NCBI GenBank assembly: GCA_963789955.1
Contig: CAWBMV010000006.1
Location: 128,001 to 192,000 of the forward strand
DNA length: 64,000 nt
Direction: 5' to 3'
Origin: an uncultured Candidatus Rokubacteria bacterium
GTDB taxonomy: Bacteria > Methylomirabilota > Methylomirabilia > Rokubacteriales > CSP1-6
The notes below the pieces were generated by a model. It worked only from the letters and a program-made list of their open reading frames with translations. It was not told the origin of the DNA and did not search any database. Position numbers and translations under genes: made by a program. Positions 62,113 through 64,000 of this stretch are shown here, one piece after another. The stretch's first letter is position 1. The number at the start of each line of letters is the position of its first letter.

Positions 62113-63294
62113 CTAGAAGCTCAGAGGCTCGGTCAGGCGCACCCAGCGGCCGCCCTTGACCACCGCGAGGAATGCCGAGTTCGCACCCTGGTGCTTGTCG
62201 GGGCCGAAGCTCGCTTCGGGCCCGTTGAAGATGTCCTTGTAGCTCTTGATCGACTCCATGCCCTTGACGAAGCTGTCGGTCGTCAGATCGGCGCCCGCCC
62301 TTTCGAGTCCGACCACGGTCAGATCGGCGGCGACCCAGCCATACACGGCGCCGATGTTCGGGTCGACCTTGTAGCGTTCTTTGTAGCGATCGAACCACCC
62401 CTGCGCCGTCGGGCTCAACGTGTCGCGGTACGGCATGTCGGTCAGCCCCATGGCGTAGAGCCCTTCGGTGACGCCGCCCTGCGCCCCGGCGACGAAGAGA
62501 TCGTAGCTGGCGGTCGAGCCGAAGAAGTCGACGTCGGTCCAGCCGATCTTGCGCGCCGTCGCGTACGGCACGATCGAGTCGCGCACGATCGTGCCGAACA
62601 CGACCAGGTCGCAGTTGGCCGCCTTGAGCTTGGTGATCTGCGCCGTGAAGTCCTGGTCGGTCGGCTTGTGCGTGGTCGTCTCGACGATCTTCACCTTCAT
62701 CTTGTCGGCCTGTAGCTGCACGCCGTCGAGCACTTCCTTGCCGAAGTCGGTGTCCTGGTACATGACGCAGAGCGCCTTCTTGCCCTTCTTGGTCACGAAG
62801 TAGTTGATGCCGGCGCGCACCTGGTCGACGTACGACGCGGCCCCGTAGAATTTCAGCTTGTGGAAGGGCTCGTACATCGAGCGCGCGGCCGAGAGGGGAA
62901 AGAGATTCGGCACGCCCGCGTCGAACTGCTCCTTGAAGAGCGCATTGTTCATCGGGGTGCCGAGCCCGGCGACCATGGCGAAGATGTGGTCGCGGTTGAT
63001 CAGCTTCGTGCCGGCCTGCACGGCCCGCGGCACCTGGTACTGAGTGTCCTCGACCACCAGCCTGATCTTGCGGCCGTGGACGCCGCCCTTCTCGTTGAGC
63101 TCGTCGAACCGCATCTTCACGGCGTTCGACGACGAGACGCCGTAGGTGGCGGCCGGCCCCGAGAGGTCGGTGTGCATCCCCAGGACGATCTCGGTCTTGC
63201 TGACGCCGCGGGTCTCCTTCTGCGCCGCCGCGACACCGGCCAGCGCGACCGCGCCGATCAGCACTCCCACCGTGAGCAATCGAACCCTCATCAT
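62113..63294 (-). CDS. Branched-chain amino acid-type ABC substrate-binding protein
   Basis: Signal peptide, DLSGPAA, GGVHGRKIRLVVED, YQDTDFG. Confidence 0.9.
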   Translation of the reverse strand: MMRVRLLTVGVLIGAVALAGVAAAQKETRGVSKTEIVLGMHTDLSGPAATYGVSSSNAVKMRFDELNEKGGVHGRKIRLVVEDTQYQVPRAVQAGTKLINRDHIFAMVAGLGTPMNNALFKEQFDAGVPNLFPLSAARSMYEPFHKLKFYGAASYVDQVRAGINYFVTKKGKKALCVMYQDTDFGKEVLDGVQLQADKMKVKIVETTTHKPTDQDFTAQITKLKAANCDLVVFGTIVRDSIVPYATARKIGWTDVDFFGSTASYDLFVAGAQGGVTEGLYAMGLTDMPYRDTLSPTAQGWFDRYKERYKVDPNIGAVYGWVAADLTVVGLERAGADLTTDSFVKGMESIKSYKDIFNGPEASFGPDKHQGANSAFLAVVKGGRWVRLTEPLSF

Positions 63295-63344
63295 GCGCTC
63301 CTTTCGTCGTGACGCCAGGACCGTGACGTGGCCGCCGAGCGGCG

Positions 63345-64000
63345 CTACGCCTCGGCGTACATGGCGTCGATCACGTCCTTGTACTTTCGGTTGACGTACG
63401 CGCGCTTGAGCTTCATCGTCGGCGTGAGCTCCTCGTCCTCCGCGGTGAGGATCTGCTCGATCAGCCGGAACTTCTTGATGGTCTCGACCCGCGCCAGCTG
63501 TCGATTGACCCGGTCGATCTCGCCGCCGATCAGGCTCTGGACCTCGTCCGTTCGGCAGAGCGAGGCGAAGTTCGTGAACGGCACGTTCCGCTCCTGCGCG
63601 AACTGCGCCACGGTCTCGTGGTCGATCATGACCAGGCAGGACAGGAACTTCCGCTTGTCGCCGATGACCACGGCATCGGAGATGTAGGGCGAGAACTTGA
63701 GCTGGTTCTCGATCTCGGACGGCGTGACGTTCTTGCCGCCGGCCGTGATGATGATGTCCTTCATGCGGTCGGTGATCCGGACGAACCCCTGATCGTCCAT
63801 GACGCCCACGTCGCCGGTGTGCAGCCAGCCGTCGACCACGGTTTCCGCGGTCTTCGTCGGGTTCTTATAGTAGCCGAGGAAGACGTGGGGGCCCTTCAGC
63901 AAGATCTCTCCCTCGGCGGAGATGCGGACTTCGGTGCCGGGCCGGGCGATGCCCACGGTGCCGAGCTTGATACGGTCGACCGGCATGGCCGTGGCGAGCC
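63345..64000 (-). CDS. Long-chain fatty acid-CoA ligase, C-terminal part (truncated by window)
   Basis: GWLHTGDVG, ITDRMKDIIITAGGKN, ELTPTMKLKR. Confidence 0.9.
   Translation of the reverse strand, partial: LATAMPVDRIKLGTVGIARPGTEVRISAEGEILLKGPHVFLGYYKNPTKTAETVVDGWLHTGDVGVMDDQGFVRITDRMKDIIITAGGKNVTPSEIENQLKFSPYISDAVVIGDKRKFLSCLVMIDHETVAQFAQERNVPFTNFASLCRTDEVQSLIGGEIDRVNRQLARVETIKKFRLIEQILTAEDEELTPTMKLKRAYVNRKYKDVIDAMYAEA

Overview
A very GC-rich, gene-dense bacterial window. Gene style suggests Candidatus Rokubacteria/Methylomirabilota, but this is an inference. Many single-base indels split conserved genes and look like long-read assembly errors. No rRNA, tRNA, CRISPR array, transposase or prophage was recognised. 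Selenium: three genes carry an in-frame UGA at a catalytic Cys position, each followed by a SECIS-like hairpin. They encode a DsbA-like UxxC protein, a UGSC-motif protein and SelD. selD sits in a cluster with an orphan Pup-like tag, a LysR regulator, a Tat-exported transglutaminase-like protein and a SenB-like glycosyltransferase with no senA in the window. Fe-S: a full iscRSUA-hscBA-fdx-iscX operon with tandem IscR-type operators has an IscS that lacks the PLP lysine and the PLP-stacking histidine but keeps the persulfide Cys. An intact second cysteine desulfurase and a DsrE/F/H-like triad lie next to it, suggesting a split sulfur-relay system. Other oddities: a signal-peptide-only 29-aa ORF (mature WFRTP) directly upstream of clpS, a membrane protein with two PmoC-like metal motifs, a GalT-like protein lacking its catalytic His, a 41-bp G-U-compatible stem before dinB, and many apparently leaderless genes.
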